Assembly (NCBI RefSeq): GCF_009914755.1
Contig: NC_060930.1
Length of the DNA: 64,000 bases
From: the human T2T-CHM13v2.0 reference genome, Homo sapiens
Strand: one strand, 5' to 3'
The notes beneath the pieces are model-generated. The model made no database searches. It saw nothing but the letters and a program-made list of their open reading frames with translations, and was not told where the DNA came from. Positions 1 through 12,925 of this stretch are shown piece after piece (position 1 is the stretch's first letter; every line of letters starts with the position of its first letter). The position numbers and the translations under genes are program-made.

Positions 1-341
<341 letters not shown>

Positions 342-950
342 TTACCCCAGGGACCAGGCACAGGGCCTCACAGAGCCCAGTGTGGGTCCCTGGGACAGAG
401 CGGCAGAGGGAGGGTCACTCCAGGAGCAGACTTGGCAGCATGTCTGGGCCTGGCACCAGCCTCCACCCTACAACCTCAGGCCCCAAGGACAGCCACTCAG
501 GGTGGCTTTGCCGTCTCCCTCTTCTCAGGGCTGACTGAGGCAAAGAAAATAAATTGAGGGTGGAAGGTTCTGGAAATGAAATCAACCAAGTCATGATGAG
601 GCTGAGCTTGGTGGAATTACAGAAACCATGTTCTGGAAAACTATCTATTTCTCTACTTTTAATTTTTTAATCTTTCCCCTTATAGTAAAAGTTATTTTTG
701 AGAAAGGTGTGTCTTTGTTTCTGTGAGCAAAGGAAAAAAGAGATTCCCCTCACTGTGACTAAACCGGGCAGGTCAGCCCGAGGGTCCCAGAGGCACTGCT
801 GTCCACTCAGCCTCTTGGGCTGAGGCCCTGGAGAGGAGGTGCCCAGGCTGGTCCTGTGTGGTGGTGGATGTGGCCCTGTAACCAGGCCTGAGAGAAAGGG
901 TGGAAGGGATGTTCTTCTTTGCTGTAAAGTCACTCACTGGATGAGTATTA

Positions 951-1240
<290 letters not shown>

Positions 1241-1292
1241 CAGAAAGAAAGGAAAAAAAGAAAGAAAGAGAGAGAGAGAGACAGAAAGAAAG

Positions 1293-1335
<43 letters not shown>

Positions 1336-1360
1336 AAAAGAGAGAAAGAAGAAAGAGAAA
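1241..1360 (+). repeat. (GAAA)n/(GA)n purine microsatellite derived from an Alu tail
   Basis: About 120 bp almost purely A/G. Confidence 0.92.
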
Positions 1361-1367
1361 GCTTTGT

Positions 1368-2070
<703 letters not shown>

Positions 2071-2235
2071 CCATGAAAGCTGGTGGTACGCCAGTCCCCA
2101 GTGACATGCTCTTTCTAGGTCTTCCCCTGGCAGGCAGCCTCAAGGTTCCACTGGAGCAAGGAGAGCAACTGGCTACAGGGAAGCTGGGAGCCAGCAGTGG
2201 GAGGGAACCAAAGCAGGCCCCTGCCCCTCACTCAC

Positions 2236-2568
2236 CTGTCACGCCCACGGCGGACACCGGGCCCACGCGCTGCCCCTCGTGGAGGCCGTACAGGTGCATC
2301 TTGTACTTGTGCCCGGGCTCTAGGCCTCCCACGGTGACCTCACTCTCCTTGCCCCCAACACGCACCGCCCGGGGCCGCCCATCCCTGTCCTTGTACTGCA
2401 CGGTGAAAGAGTCGAAGCTGCCCTGGGGGACGGTCCAGAAGAGGCTCAGCGAATCAGGGGAGGATCCTGTCACTGTCAGCTCCCCCAGGAGCGGCTCCTC
2501 GGGGGACTCCGGGGCCTCCGTGCCCAGTTCTGTGGGGCTGGGGGTCTCGTCCACATCCTCCTGAGGAG
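2236..2568 (-). CDS. TNXB: Tenascin-X exon 11, linker + FNIII repeat (333 nt)
   Basis: ctcttctctcag acceptor, gtgagt donor; APQEDVDETPSP...LGELTVTGSSPDSLSLFWTVPQGSFDSF...GPVSAVGVT. Confidence 0.95.
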
Positions 2569-3359
2569 CTGAGAGAAGAGATAGAGGCATAAAGGGCTGC
2601 TGGCTTTGCTGCTGCTGCCCACAGATGACAGCCATGGAAATGCCCTTACGCTGTGGGCTCAGGGGCTCTGTAGCCTTTGTATTTGCCATTCGGTCACTCA
2701 CGGATGGAGAAGGCTGAGACAGCCCTTGCCCCATCCTGCTCTGGTGGGTTCTGTGGGGGTGAGGGGTCTCCCTTCGTGTCTGAGAAAGGAGCTGAGATGG
2801 GAAGAGAGGAAGCCTCTGAGGGTTCTTCCAAACCACGTTCACTGACAGTGCTGACCTCAGACAGTGAGGAGGGCAGTGAGGCCTCTTCCTACCTGTGCCC
2901 TCCCCAGGGCACTCTGGCTGCCCCACCCCTCATATGAGGATCTGACCATGGAATGTGCTCTTGCTGTGGCCTCCCCAGGCAGCCCTGCCCCTCCCTCCCC
3001 TTTAACCCCAAGGAATGAATTGCTAAGGCAGGGCTCCAGGCATGAGTGGGAGAAAAATTCTGGGGTGAGTGGGATCCAAGGAGAGACATGTCCTTCCCTG
3101 GCTGGCTCTGGAATCACAGCCCTGTGGGCACCTACCCGCCCCCTACAGTTAGGTCTCTGCTGAGGCTCCATGGAGTGGGGAGACTGTGGCACAAGGGAAA
3201 CCAGCCCTTCTGTGACCTGCTACATGGGGGACTACTTTGGGATAGCAGATTGAGGAAAGAATTGGCAAGAATGACAACCCAGAGGAAGGGAGGGAGGTGG
3301 GGAGCAAAAAAGATTACTGGGAAGTGAGAGAGTCAGGGAGAAATTGCAGCTCACTCTGA

Positions 3360-3711
<352 letters not shown>

Positions 3712-4569
3712 TTTCTAAGTGTTATACATATATTAACTCATGTAATTCCAACAGCTCTGTGCAGAGGGACTGAAATCCAGCCACCTGACAGAAGGGAAAG
3801 CTGAGGCACAGAGAGGTTAAGCAATTTGCACAAGGTCCTACAGGAAGTAAGTTGCAAGGCTGGTAGTGAGACTCGGGCAGTTGGCTCCGGAGTCTTTGCT
3901 CCTAACCACTATCCACACTATCTCTCATCAAATAATTCACAGGCCAGGGGAATGGCACTGGACAGGGAAAGGCTGGGGACATGGAGGAACAGGCTGGGAT
4001 GCTGGGCTGAACACAATCCCTTTGCCCTGTTCCAAGGGGGCTGGGAGTCAAGGAGTCGGGAGCTGAGAGGAGTCCTCTTCATGCTGCAAAAAGGCTAGAG
4101 AAACGTGGTGCTCTTGTCACTTGGATCTGCCACCTCTGAACACAGCAGAAATGGCAGGAGGTTGTGGGCAGCAGGTGACAGAAGCCCAGAAGTGACCATG
4201 GCCCAAACCAGACCATGAAGGAGCCCAGTAAAAACTGAGGGGTGAGAACACAGTGACCGAATGGTGAGGACATCTGTGGGGAGGACAGCCCCAGGTGGAA
4301 GGATGAGTCCAGGTGTTTGGAATGGGGGAAAATAGGACCTGCCCTTGGAGATGAAGAAGTGAGGCTGAGGAAGAGATGAGGAGGTGGAGGCTGGATGAGG
4401 GGGACCTGGCATGCAGAGGACAGGAGAGCAGTGCGGGAGGAAGTGGGTGGAGGCTTTGGCAAAATGAGCTGAGAAGGCGAAGATGGAGGGAGGCTGGAAG
4501 GAGCCCCAGCCAAGTCCCGCTCACAGGATGGGGCTAGCAGGGGAGGGAGGCCTGGCAGCCATGACTCAC

Positions 4570-4875
4570 CAGTCTTGGCCACCACAGACTCGGGCCCCAC
4601 ACGCTGCCTGCCACGAAGCCCGTAGAGGTTCATCTTATACTTCCGGTCGGGATCCAGGCCGGGGACAGTAACCTCATTCTCATCCCCCGCAACAGGCACT
4701 GCCTGGGGCTGCCCCTGTGCATCCTTGTACTGGACCATGAATGAGTCGAAGGGGCCCTGGGCCACTGTCCATGAGAGACGCAAGGAGTCTGGGGTCACGC
4801 CGGTCACTGTCAGTTCCCCCAGGAGGGGCTGCTCCAGGAACTCAGGGCGGGGGGGCTCCTCTTTCCTCTCTGGAG
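4570..4875 (-). CDS. TNXB: Tenascin-X exon 10, FNIII repeat (306 nt)
   Basis: ttgtttacag acceptor, gtgagt donor; APERKEEPPRPEFLEQPLLGELTVTGVTPDSLRLSW...ESVVAKT. Confidence 0.95.
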
Positions 4876-5237
4876 CTGTAAACAAGGAGATCCAGCCAGG
4901 TGCTGAACTGGCAGCCTGGGACTGGGGCTTGGGGTTTCGACGGGATGTCACACCTATGGGGGGTGGGGGGTCACTAGTCCATTAATTCGAGTGCTAAACT
5001 TCTGGGAAGCCTGACACAGCCAGGGTATGACACACCTTCTGGGCCACGGGGAGCTGCTGCTTGGGATGGAAGGGGCCCAGCAGTGCGGGGGAGTCTGGCT
5101 GCCCCTCAGCCCTGGAGTGGGGCCGGGAAGCTGGAGTCAGCTGTCTTGCTGGGGGACCCCAGCTGGTTTTGGGCTGAAGGGAAGTGTGCATGGGGCTGAG
5201 AAGGGGTCACATGGGGGCTGAGGTGGCTGCTACTCAC

Positions 5238-5528
5238 CAGTGGTGCCATCGGCCGTGAGGGGGCCATACCGCTTCTTGTTCGCAATTCCAAACAGAGTGA
5301 ATCTGTACTTGTGGTCAGGGTCCAGTGAGGAGACAACAAATGAACGCTCGGGCCCTTCCACAGGTACCACCTGGGGCCGTCCATCCCTGTCCCTGTACTG
5401 GACCATGAAGGTGTCAAACTGGCCCTCAGGGACAGTCCAGGAGAGGTGCAGTGAATCTGGGGTAGGGTCTGTCACCCACAGGTTTCCCAGGCGGGGTGGA
5501 GTCCCTGGACTTGGGTCACTCTGAGGCA
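5238..5528 (-). CDS. TNXB: Tenascin-X exon 9, FNIII repeat (291 nt)
   Basis: ctcttcctag acceptor, gtgagt donor; PQSDPSPGTPPRLGNLWVTDPTPDSLHLSW...GPLTADGTT. Confidence 0.95.
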
Positions 5529-6849
5529 CTAGGAAGAGTGGGTAGAGAGAAGGGAGAGACTTAGGTCCAAGGAGAATGGGGAAGCCAAATCCCACATAGG
5601 AATGCTGTGTGAGGCTGTGCAGGTTGTTCACTGCACAAAAGTGCATTTGCTGAGGGAGTACAGAGGGACTGAAATCCAGCCAGCACTCTGCTTGCCGAGC
5701 TGTGTGCCCTGGTGAGGAGTGGTGTCCACTTTAAGGAATGGGTGCCTTCTTTCAAACGGCATGGAAGCACTGCGTGGACTAGTGTGGCTCTGCCTCCAAC
5801 CACAAACCAGAGCAGCAGGGAGCTTCAGAAAGAGGGGAGCCCAGCCAGGCCCTTTCACATCTCCATAGCCAGGGAAATCTTCCCAGTACAACCTCCACTG
5901 CTTCCAAGCCTAACTACTAGCTGGCTTCTTCTCCAAGAGAGGAGAGCACAATCCTTGAAGCGTTTTAATGTGGGACAGCCTCCCTCATCTATGCTGCAGG
6001 CCTCTCCTCCTCTTTGGGAACTTTGACCCATGGATGGACTCCCTCGCCTGCAGCACTGACCCTTCACTCCCCAGCAGTTGTGCCATCAGCATTTCAACAA
6101 GCTACTGTCACACCCCTCCTCACCCCCACTCTGTGTGCATCTCTCTCTAGCCTCCATCTTCCCTCTTTGCTCTCATTCCCAGCCCAGATTCCAGAAAGTG
6201 ATGTCTACACTGATTGCAGCCATGTCCTCACCTCCACCACCCTCCCGATCCAGCTCCACCCCTCCACCAGGCAGCAGCTCTCATGCAGGCCAGGGGTGGC
6301 CTTGCCATTGCTAAATTCTGTGGACGCTCCGTAGCCCTTGAATCACTGTTCCGGAATCTGACAAGTCCAACCGCACCCTCCTTCCTGGAGTCCAGACAGC
6401 ACCCTCCCTGGTTCTGCCCCTCCCTGCAAGTCACTCCGCAAGCTACCCTGTGGGCTCTTCTTCCTCTGCCTCCGCTGTGAGTGTAGGCTGTCGACAGGGT
6501 TCCAGTGGCCCTGTCTCTTCCCCAACCCCACACGACTACTCTGGTGCCTCAATTCTCCTGACCTATAAAGTAGGCATGCCTCCCAGGTGTGCTTTATGGG
6601 GTGTGATGATCCACTTAGAGAACATCTTGATCACAACTGACTCTCAATAAATGCACAAAAGGTATTTATGTAAGTGTCTCTTAGATATTGATCTAAGTTT
6701 ATCTAAGGCGTTGTTCCCCACCTCTGCTGCTCCCTGCCTCAGGGAATGGGACTGTCTCATCCAGAACCCTGGGGGCTGCCTGGTACACCTTGCTTTCCTT
6801 CGCCTCCCCCATCCAGCCCCACTGCCACCATCCCAGCTGACCCATCATC

Positions 6850-7160
6850 ATTTTTCTTTTTTTTGAGACAGGGTGTTGCTCTGTGCAGAGTGTGGATAGC
6901 ACCCAGGCTGGAGTACAGTGGCACAATCATGGCTCTCTGCAGCCTCGGTCTCCTGGGCTCAAGCGATCCTCCCACCTCAAGCCTCTCAAGTAGCTGGGAC
7001 TACAGGCACGCACCACCACGCCTGGCTAATATCTTTTGTTATAGTAGAGATGGGGGGTCTCACTATGTTGCCAGGTTGGTCTCAAACTCCTAGCCTCAAG
7101 CGATCCTCCTGCCTTGGCCTCCCAAGGTGCTGGGATTATAGGCAGGATCAACCCTGCTAG
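6850..7160 (-). mobile_element. AluJ-like
   Basis: Diverged Alu dimer. Confidence 0.85.
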
Positions 7161-7614
7161 CCTTTACCAGCTCTTAACTCACTTCTCCAGCTAGTCTCAG
7201 CAGCCACCCGGTTATTTGCAAGATAAATATCTAGTCTCATCACTCTCCCACTTTACCCTTCAGAGGCCCTCTAGGGGCCTTCGAATGAGGCCCAAGCCCC
7301 TCAGCACAGCACAGGAAGCCCTGAGACCAGGCCCTTTGGCACCCCCCACATGCCCTGTTCTCCAGCCAGAGGAAACTGTAACAGTGATTCTCTTACTGGC
7401 CATGCTCTCCCCACCTTACTCACCGTGACTCCCTCAGGCTGCACTGAGCTTCTCAAACTCTTTGCCTGCCCCACCACTACTTTCCCTTCAGAATTCAGCT
7501 CATGCACCACTGCCTCCAGGAAGCCTTCCCGGAGCTCCCAAAGCAGGTTCCCAAAGCACTGAGAAAACCTCTTCAGGGCAGTACAGAGGGCAGGGTGTTA
7601 CTGCTGTCACTCAC

Positions 7615-7911
7615 AGATCTTGGCTTCAGCCACCAGCGGACCATGCCTCTTCTTGCCAACAAACCCATACAGGACAAATTTGTACTTGCGGCCAGGATCC
7701 AGGGAGGTGATGACGGCCGAGCGCTGGGGTCCTTCCACGGGCACCACCTGGGGCTGCCCGTCCCTGTCTTTGTACTGGATCACGAAGGAGTCAAACTCGC
7801 CCTCGGGGACCGTCCAGCGCAGGAGCAAGGAGTCGGAGGTCCTGTCTGTCACCGTCAGCTCACCCAGGCGTGGTGGGCCTGAGGACTTCCCAGGCTTCTC
7901 CTCATCCTTGT
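7615..7911 (-). CDS. TNXB: Tenascin-X exon 8, FNIII repeat (297 nt)
   Basis: caaactccag acceptor, gtgagt donor; DKDEEKPGKSSGPPRLGELTVTDRTSDSLLLRW...GPLVAEAKI. Confidence 0.95.
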
Positions 7912-8951
7912 CTGGAGTTTGAGAGGCAAAAGCAAAGCATAGTGGACTCAACCGTTCTCTTGTCTGTGTCTCCTTCCCTCTCCCCTGCCCACCTCACTCC
8001 ATCCTGGATAGATCCCTCCCCGGAAGACTCTATCTGCCCACCCCTCAGTGACTAGCTCTTCTGGAAGAGGGGCATTTCCCTCTCAATCTCTGCTTCTTCC
8101 CTTGTGACAGTTTCTCCATCCCTCACAAGGTCTTGGTCTCTCTGCACACCAGGATCTTTGCGGGGGTTTCAGGTCCCCCTGGTTCTGAATGAGAGTTTCA
8201 AGCCTCCCTGCTGCAGCATCAGAGCAGTCTGAAAGCTCCTCTGCCCACCTGAGCTGCTGTCTCTCTTACCACCCTCTCTTCCAGTGGTGAGCTTGACCTG
8301 GAGCTGGGGGATGAGTCAGCCACCCTGGTCCCACAGAGAGGAACAAAGAGGGGATGTGAAAGCCAGGTACCCCAGGACCTGTCTTTCACTGGTCCTGCAA
8401 ACCTCATCCATGTCTGAAGTCCTGATGGCTGTGGAGCCCCCTGCCCCAAGGAGCCTTCACCCCCAGCAGAAACTGGCTGATGGGACCATGGACTGCTGTC
8501 CACTGCAAACCAGGCTCCCAGGGACGAGGTATTGGGGGCTGAGGGTCAGTGTCCAGAGGCCTTCCCATGCCCACCCTGAAAGATTTATAGGGCAGGGAAG
8601 GGCAGAGGAGCAACCGAAGAGTGGGGGCAGGGGACAGGGCAAGGAAAGCTGCAGGTGGAGGGCCAGGGACCTTCAGCCTCTCTCCTGGAATCTCTGTCCC
8701 ACCCTCGGCCTTTTTACCTCTGCCTCTTTCCCCTCTCCCCACCCATCCTTATCATTGTTTTAAGATCCCCCTCGATCCATCTTCCTGCTGAACCTGCAAT
8801 TCCTTTTCTCTCCTTTTCTCCTCTATCCAGCCCCAAACATCAGCCCTGCCCTTCACTGGCCCCTCAATATCCATCCTACCTCTGAAGTCCCAATAACCCC
8901 AGCTCCTCCCCCAATCTCAGGATATTGATCTGAGCAGAGTCCAAGATGTAC

Positions 8952-9320
8952 CCATAATGCCTTGGTAGATGATGGGGTCAGAGGGCTTGCCCCCAGGAGG
9001 GACCCCATGAAGTGACAGCTCATACGGGGTTCCAGGAGGGGGTGGAGGCACCAGAGCCTGGCGGACGTCCCCTGGCAGCACTTCCTCATGTGCCCCCGGC
9101 CCCTCGGGCACCCGCATGCGCAGTTGGAAGTAGGCAAAGGTGTCAGGCTGGGCGGTCCAGACCACACGGAGGCGCCCTGTCTCATCTCTGCCCAGCACCC
9201 TCAACTCTCCCAGCTCCTGGGGGCGCTGCTGCAGGAGAGGAGCCTGGGCCCCTTGCGTCGTCGAGGGGCCTGAGGGAGGAGGCTCATCGGTAGTCCCCAA
9301 GAGGCCCAAGGGTGAGGACC
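8952..9320 (-). CDS. TNXB: Tenascin-X exon 7, linker + divergent FNIII repeat (369 nt)
   Basis: ccccttcccag acceptor, gtacat donor; GSSPLGLLGTTDEPPP...LGELRVLGRDETGRLRVVW...PIIYQGIM. Confidence 0.93.
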
Positions 9321-10429
9321 CTGGGAAGGGGCAGGGTGAGAAAAAGAGGAGAGTCCAGTATGAGAACTAGAAAGGAATCCCCAGTCCCCAGGTTCTGCCC
9401 TCCAGCCTCTAAGAGCCTTGTTCTACTTCTACTTCTGGTTCCCTCACCTGGGCCACTCCCTCCTCCCAAAGGTCAGCCAATCCTCCAAACACCCCCATCT
9501 ACCACATTCCTGAGCAGACGGGCCTGTGCTTCAGGCAGGTAATAGGTAAAATAAAGCCTGCTATCCTTCACCCCACAAGGCTTCCATGACCTCCAGCCCC
9601 CGGAGACTTCCATGTCCCTCCCCACATACATCCCCCCCACTGGGTGGTGGTCAGGTGGCTTCCATTAGTGCTGCAGTGAGAAGCCTGGAAGAAAGACAGT
9701 GGTGTTAGAGAGGGAGGATGCAAGAGGAGAGTGGGCAGTGGGAAGAGAGAGAGGGTGTGGGGGTGGACATCCAGGTCAGGTGGCATCTGGGCCCTATGGG
9801 GGAAGAAGAGGTCCACCACCCTCCCCACAGCAGCCACAGGGTGCCCTTTCCCCAAGCCCAGACATCGTTCCTGTGGGAGAGACCAGCATAAAGTGAGCCA
9901 GGGGGTCTGAAAAGCCAGCTTAAGAAGCAGTGGTTTCACCTCCCCAATATACAGTTGCTGCCTGATGGCACCCAGGCCACCCCCACGCAGTTCTGATGTG
10001 TCCCTTCAAGGTCAAGGCCAAATTGTGGAAAACAGTAACCACTAACCACAGTCTTCAGCCACTCTCACCACAGTGAGTCAGAACGGGAATCACTGTTTTC
10101 AATTCCCAGCCCACTCAAACTGCTCCAGTGAATCTTTGCAGGTGCCCCAACCACATCACCCTCTATTGCCTAAAATAACAATCCTGGAAGTGTCCCGGGA
10201 AACCCCAAAGAAGGCGCTGCCTTGACCTTAGGCATCCACAGGATGGATGCCAGGACCCTGGGGTGGGGACGTCTTCTAGGGACAATGGACTCGTGCTTTG
10301 TCCTGGGGGCCCCCTGGAGCCCCGGCCAGGTAGGGCCTGAAGGTAGAAGGGGGCAGTGGGGGGTGGCAGTGGGAGGAATTCATGAATGCAGGCTCCAACG
10401 GCAGGTGAGGCTGGACAAGGGATAGGTGT

Positions 10430-11360
10430 CCCGTGGCCCCAGCCCACACTACCTGTGGTGGTGATGAAGGCGTAGGACTTGGAGGTCTGCCCCGCCCGCA
10501 CCCCGTGGACCTCCACGTGGTAGGTGGTGCCGGGCCTGAGGTCGGGCAGGCTGACGGTGCGCGTGGTGCCCGGCACAGTCAGCTCACCGCCGGGGCCCTC
10601 TGCAGGCGGCTGAGGCCGCCAGCGCAGCACCACGCGCTCGAACTGGCCGCGGAGCCCGTCGAGAGACACGAGAAGCGCGCCATCGGCGGAACTGCCCAGC
10701 ACCTCTGGCTTGGGGTGGCGGGACGCAGCCACCCGGTCGACGCCTTCAGGCGAGAGGCCGTAGATTCCCTGGTTGGAGTCCCGTTTCCTGGTGCCGGGAT
10801 CAGGGCTGGCGGTGGGGCGGGGGTGGCGGGGCGGGGGTGCGGGGGAGCCGGCTGGGGCGGCGGCCAACAGACGCCGCTGCAAGTATTCATGGATGTGGCG
10901 CGCCACCGACGTGTAAGTCTGGTTGGCCCGCAGTGGGTAGCCGTGAGCCCGCAGGTGGCGCTCCAGGTCCTGCACCGTGCCGCGGAAACGGCTCAGCTCG
11001 GCCGTCAGGTTGCCCCAAGGCCGCCGTGGGGGCTGGGACAGGCTTGGCCTGGGCGGGGACTCCTCCTCCCTTTCCTCTGCTGGCCTCGAGGGCCAAGGGG
11101 GCCGTGGGGGCCGCGGGGCTGGGGCTGGCCGGGGCCGGGACTTGGGGGGCGGGGCTGGGGGGCGCACCTCCGGGTAACTGTAGTGGCCTGGTGCTGCCAG
11201 GGGCAAAAAAGGGGAGAACAGGTCAGTGGCAGCTCCCTCCCGGCACTCCTTCCCGCGGCAGCCCCTCCCTCGATCCCTCCCACCAGAGCCAGAGGCCTCT
11301 TCCCTGTGCCCCAGCCCCACCTGGAAAGAGAACGGAGGGAAATCGGTCAGTGTCCCGCAG
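10430..11360. other. Intragenic CpG island over the TNXB cassette exon
   Basis: Very high GC and CpG density relative to flanking intron. Confidence 0.8.
10453..11193 (-). CDS. TNXB: Tenascin-X alternative (cassette) exon, 741 nt: Pro/Arg-rich linker + helical segment + FNIII repeat
   Basis: ttttttgcccctggcag acceptor, ACAG|gtagtg donor, phase 1-1, open for 247 codons; ends in FNIII signature W...LPDLRPGTTYHVEVHGV...AFITTT. Confidence 0.82.
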
Positions 11361-11983
11361 CCCCCCCATTCCCCTCCAAGCCCACCACTGTTGGTGCCCT
11401 AGAAAGAAGAGAGAAGCCCGTGGGTGGGGCCCTGTAGCTGAAGGAGAGAAAGGGGAGTCGGGGAAGAGAACATGAGCTACAGCGAGGTGGGTGTCCCCCT
11501 GTCACAGGAAAAGAAAAATATCCAGGTATCTGTTAAGAAACCTCGAGGTTTAGTGGAAAATCACTGCTGTGAGACCCACCTCCCAGCAATCCCAATCCAA
11601 AAGTCAACAGGACTGATGATCTCTAATCTGCCTAATTCCAGTCCCACAAGATCTATCAGCACAAGGCCTGTCCCGGTACCTAAATTTAAAAAAGAACCTC
11701 CCTTAACTGACTGGATCAGGCAGCATCTCCTATTCACTTCTCTCCCTGGGGCCATTCCTTTCATAGGCTAACCTGTAACCTTCCTACAGGACTCCAGGCA
11801 TCTGAGGGCTCTGTCTCCCCAGTGGCCTCAGGACAGAGCAAGGCCCCCAGCAGGTGCCTCGAGACTGCCACACACCTGCCAGAAGCATTCAGAGGAGTCT
11901 GTGAGCCCTGAGCCTGGGCTCCTGAGGAGGAGGATCCAAGGCTGGGAAACCAGGGCCCTTCCCTAACCTCTGGCCAGCCATAC

Positions 11984-12247
11984 CTGTGTTGGCCCTGACA
12001 GAAGCTGGGTAGCTGACTGCCCGGCCCCGCTCCGCTGTGACAGTCACCACATATTCTACGCCTGGCATCAGGTCAGTCAGCAGCGTCCCGTCTGCTTCAG
12101 GGGGCACTTCCAGCCTCACCCTCTGGTTGCCGGCACTGACGTAGGACACCACAAATCGGTCCACCTCAGCCTGGGGACGCAGCCAGCCAAGCTCCAGTGT
12201 TGTCGGTGTCACAGCCACCACTCGGAGGTCCTGGGGCCCATCGATCA
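11984..12247 (-). CDS. TNXB: Tenascin-X exon 6, FNIII repeat (264 nt)
   Basis: cctggctag acceptor, gtatgg donor; MIDGPQDLRVVAVTPTTLELGW...PASVRANT. Confidence 0.95.
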
Positions 12248-12421
12248 CTAGCCAGGTTAAAGAGGAGGACTCAGGTGGGTGTCTGGTTCTTCAATCATCA
12301 TCTTTCCTTCCAAGAGCCTAGCCCCCATCCAGCCCCTTCCTTCTGCCCTCCCGGAGGGCAGATTCCCTCTCTAGTCCAGATCTCCACTCAGGACACCCCT
12401 CCCCACAGCCCCAGCTCTCAC

Positions 12422-12578
12422 TGGTGGTGATGGTCTTGGAGGCAGGAAGGCCCCAGCTGGTCCCTCGAAGGGCTCGGACAGTGACCTGGTACTCCTGTCC
12501 AGGGGCCAGTCCTCTCTGGTCATAGGCTGAGGCAGAGCTTGGAACCCGTGCTGTGAATGGGGGGCTCGCCCCCTCTGT
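12422..12578 (-). CDS. TNXB: Tenascin-X exon 5, second half of first FNIII repeat (157 nt)
   Basis: ctctctcacag acceptor, gtgaga donor; TEGASPPFTARVPSSASAYDQRGLAPGQEYQVTVRALRGTSWGLPASKTITT. Confidence 0.93.
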
Positions 12579-12729
12579 CTGTGAGAGAGAGCACCAGGTG
12601 GCTCAGGGGCTGGCACTCTTGCCTCTGCTGCTCAATCCCCCTTATCTCTTCTTTCTCCAATTCTAAACAGTGTCAGCATGGTACTGTGTGGAACTTGACC
12701 CTGTACAAGCTGGGGAGCAAACATGCTGA

Positions 12730-12925
12730 GAGCGCTAACTCCTTGTGAGCCACTGTTCTAGGCGAGGTACACACATGAACTCACTTAATTCTCACAACAA
12801 CCCTACGAAACAGGTCCTATTAGTCCCATTTTACAGATAAGGAAACTGAGACACAGAAGGACAAGTATCTTGCCAACGTCACCAACACCAAGAAAATGGC
12901 AAGAATTTAGGCCCTAGCAGTGTGA
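12730..12925. mobile_element. MIR fragment
   Basis: cccattttacagataaggaaactgagacacagaagg core. Confidence 0.75.

Noticed and set aside
10775-10795. RKR in the cassette exon as a furin site
   Set aside because: P4 is Thr (TRKR), not Arg, so it does not meet R-X-K/R-R.
10433-11475. Plus-strand ORFs of 334 aa and 212 aa opposite the TNXB cassette exon
   Set aside because: Stop-poor shadows of GC-rich coding sequence; low-complexity Gly/Ala/Arg content, no domain signature, non-ATG or weak starts.
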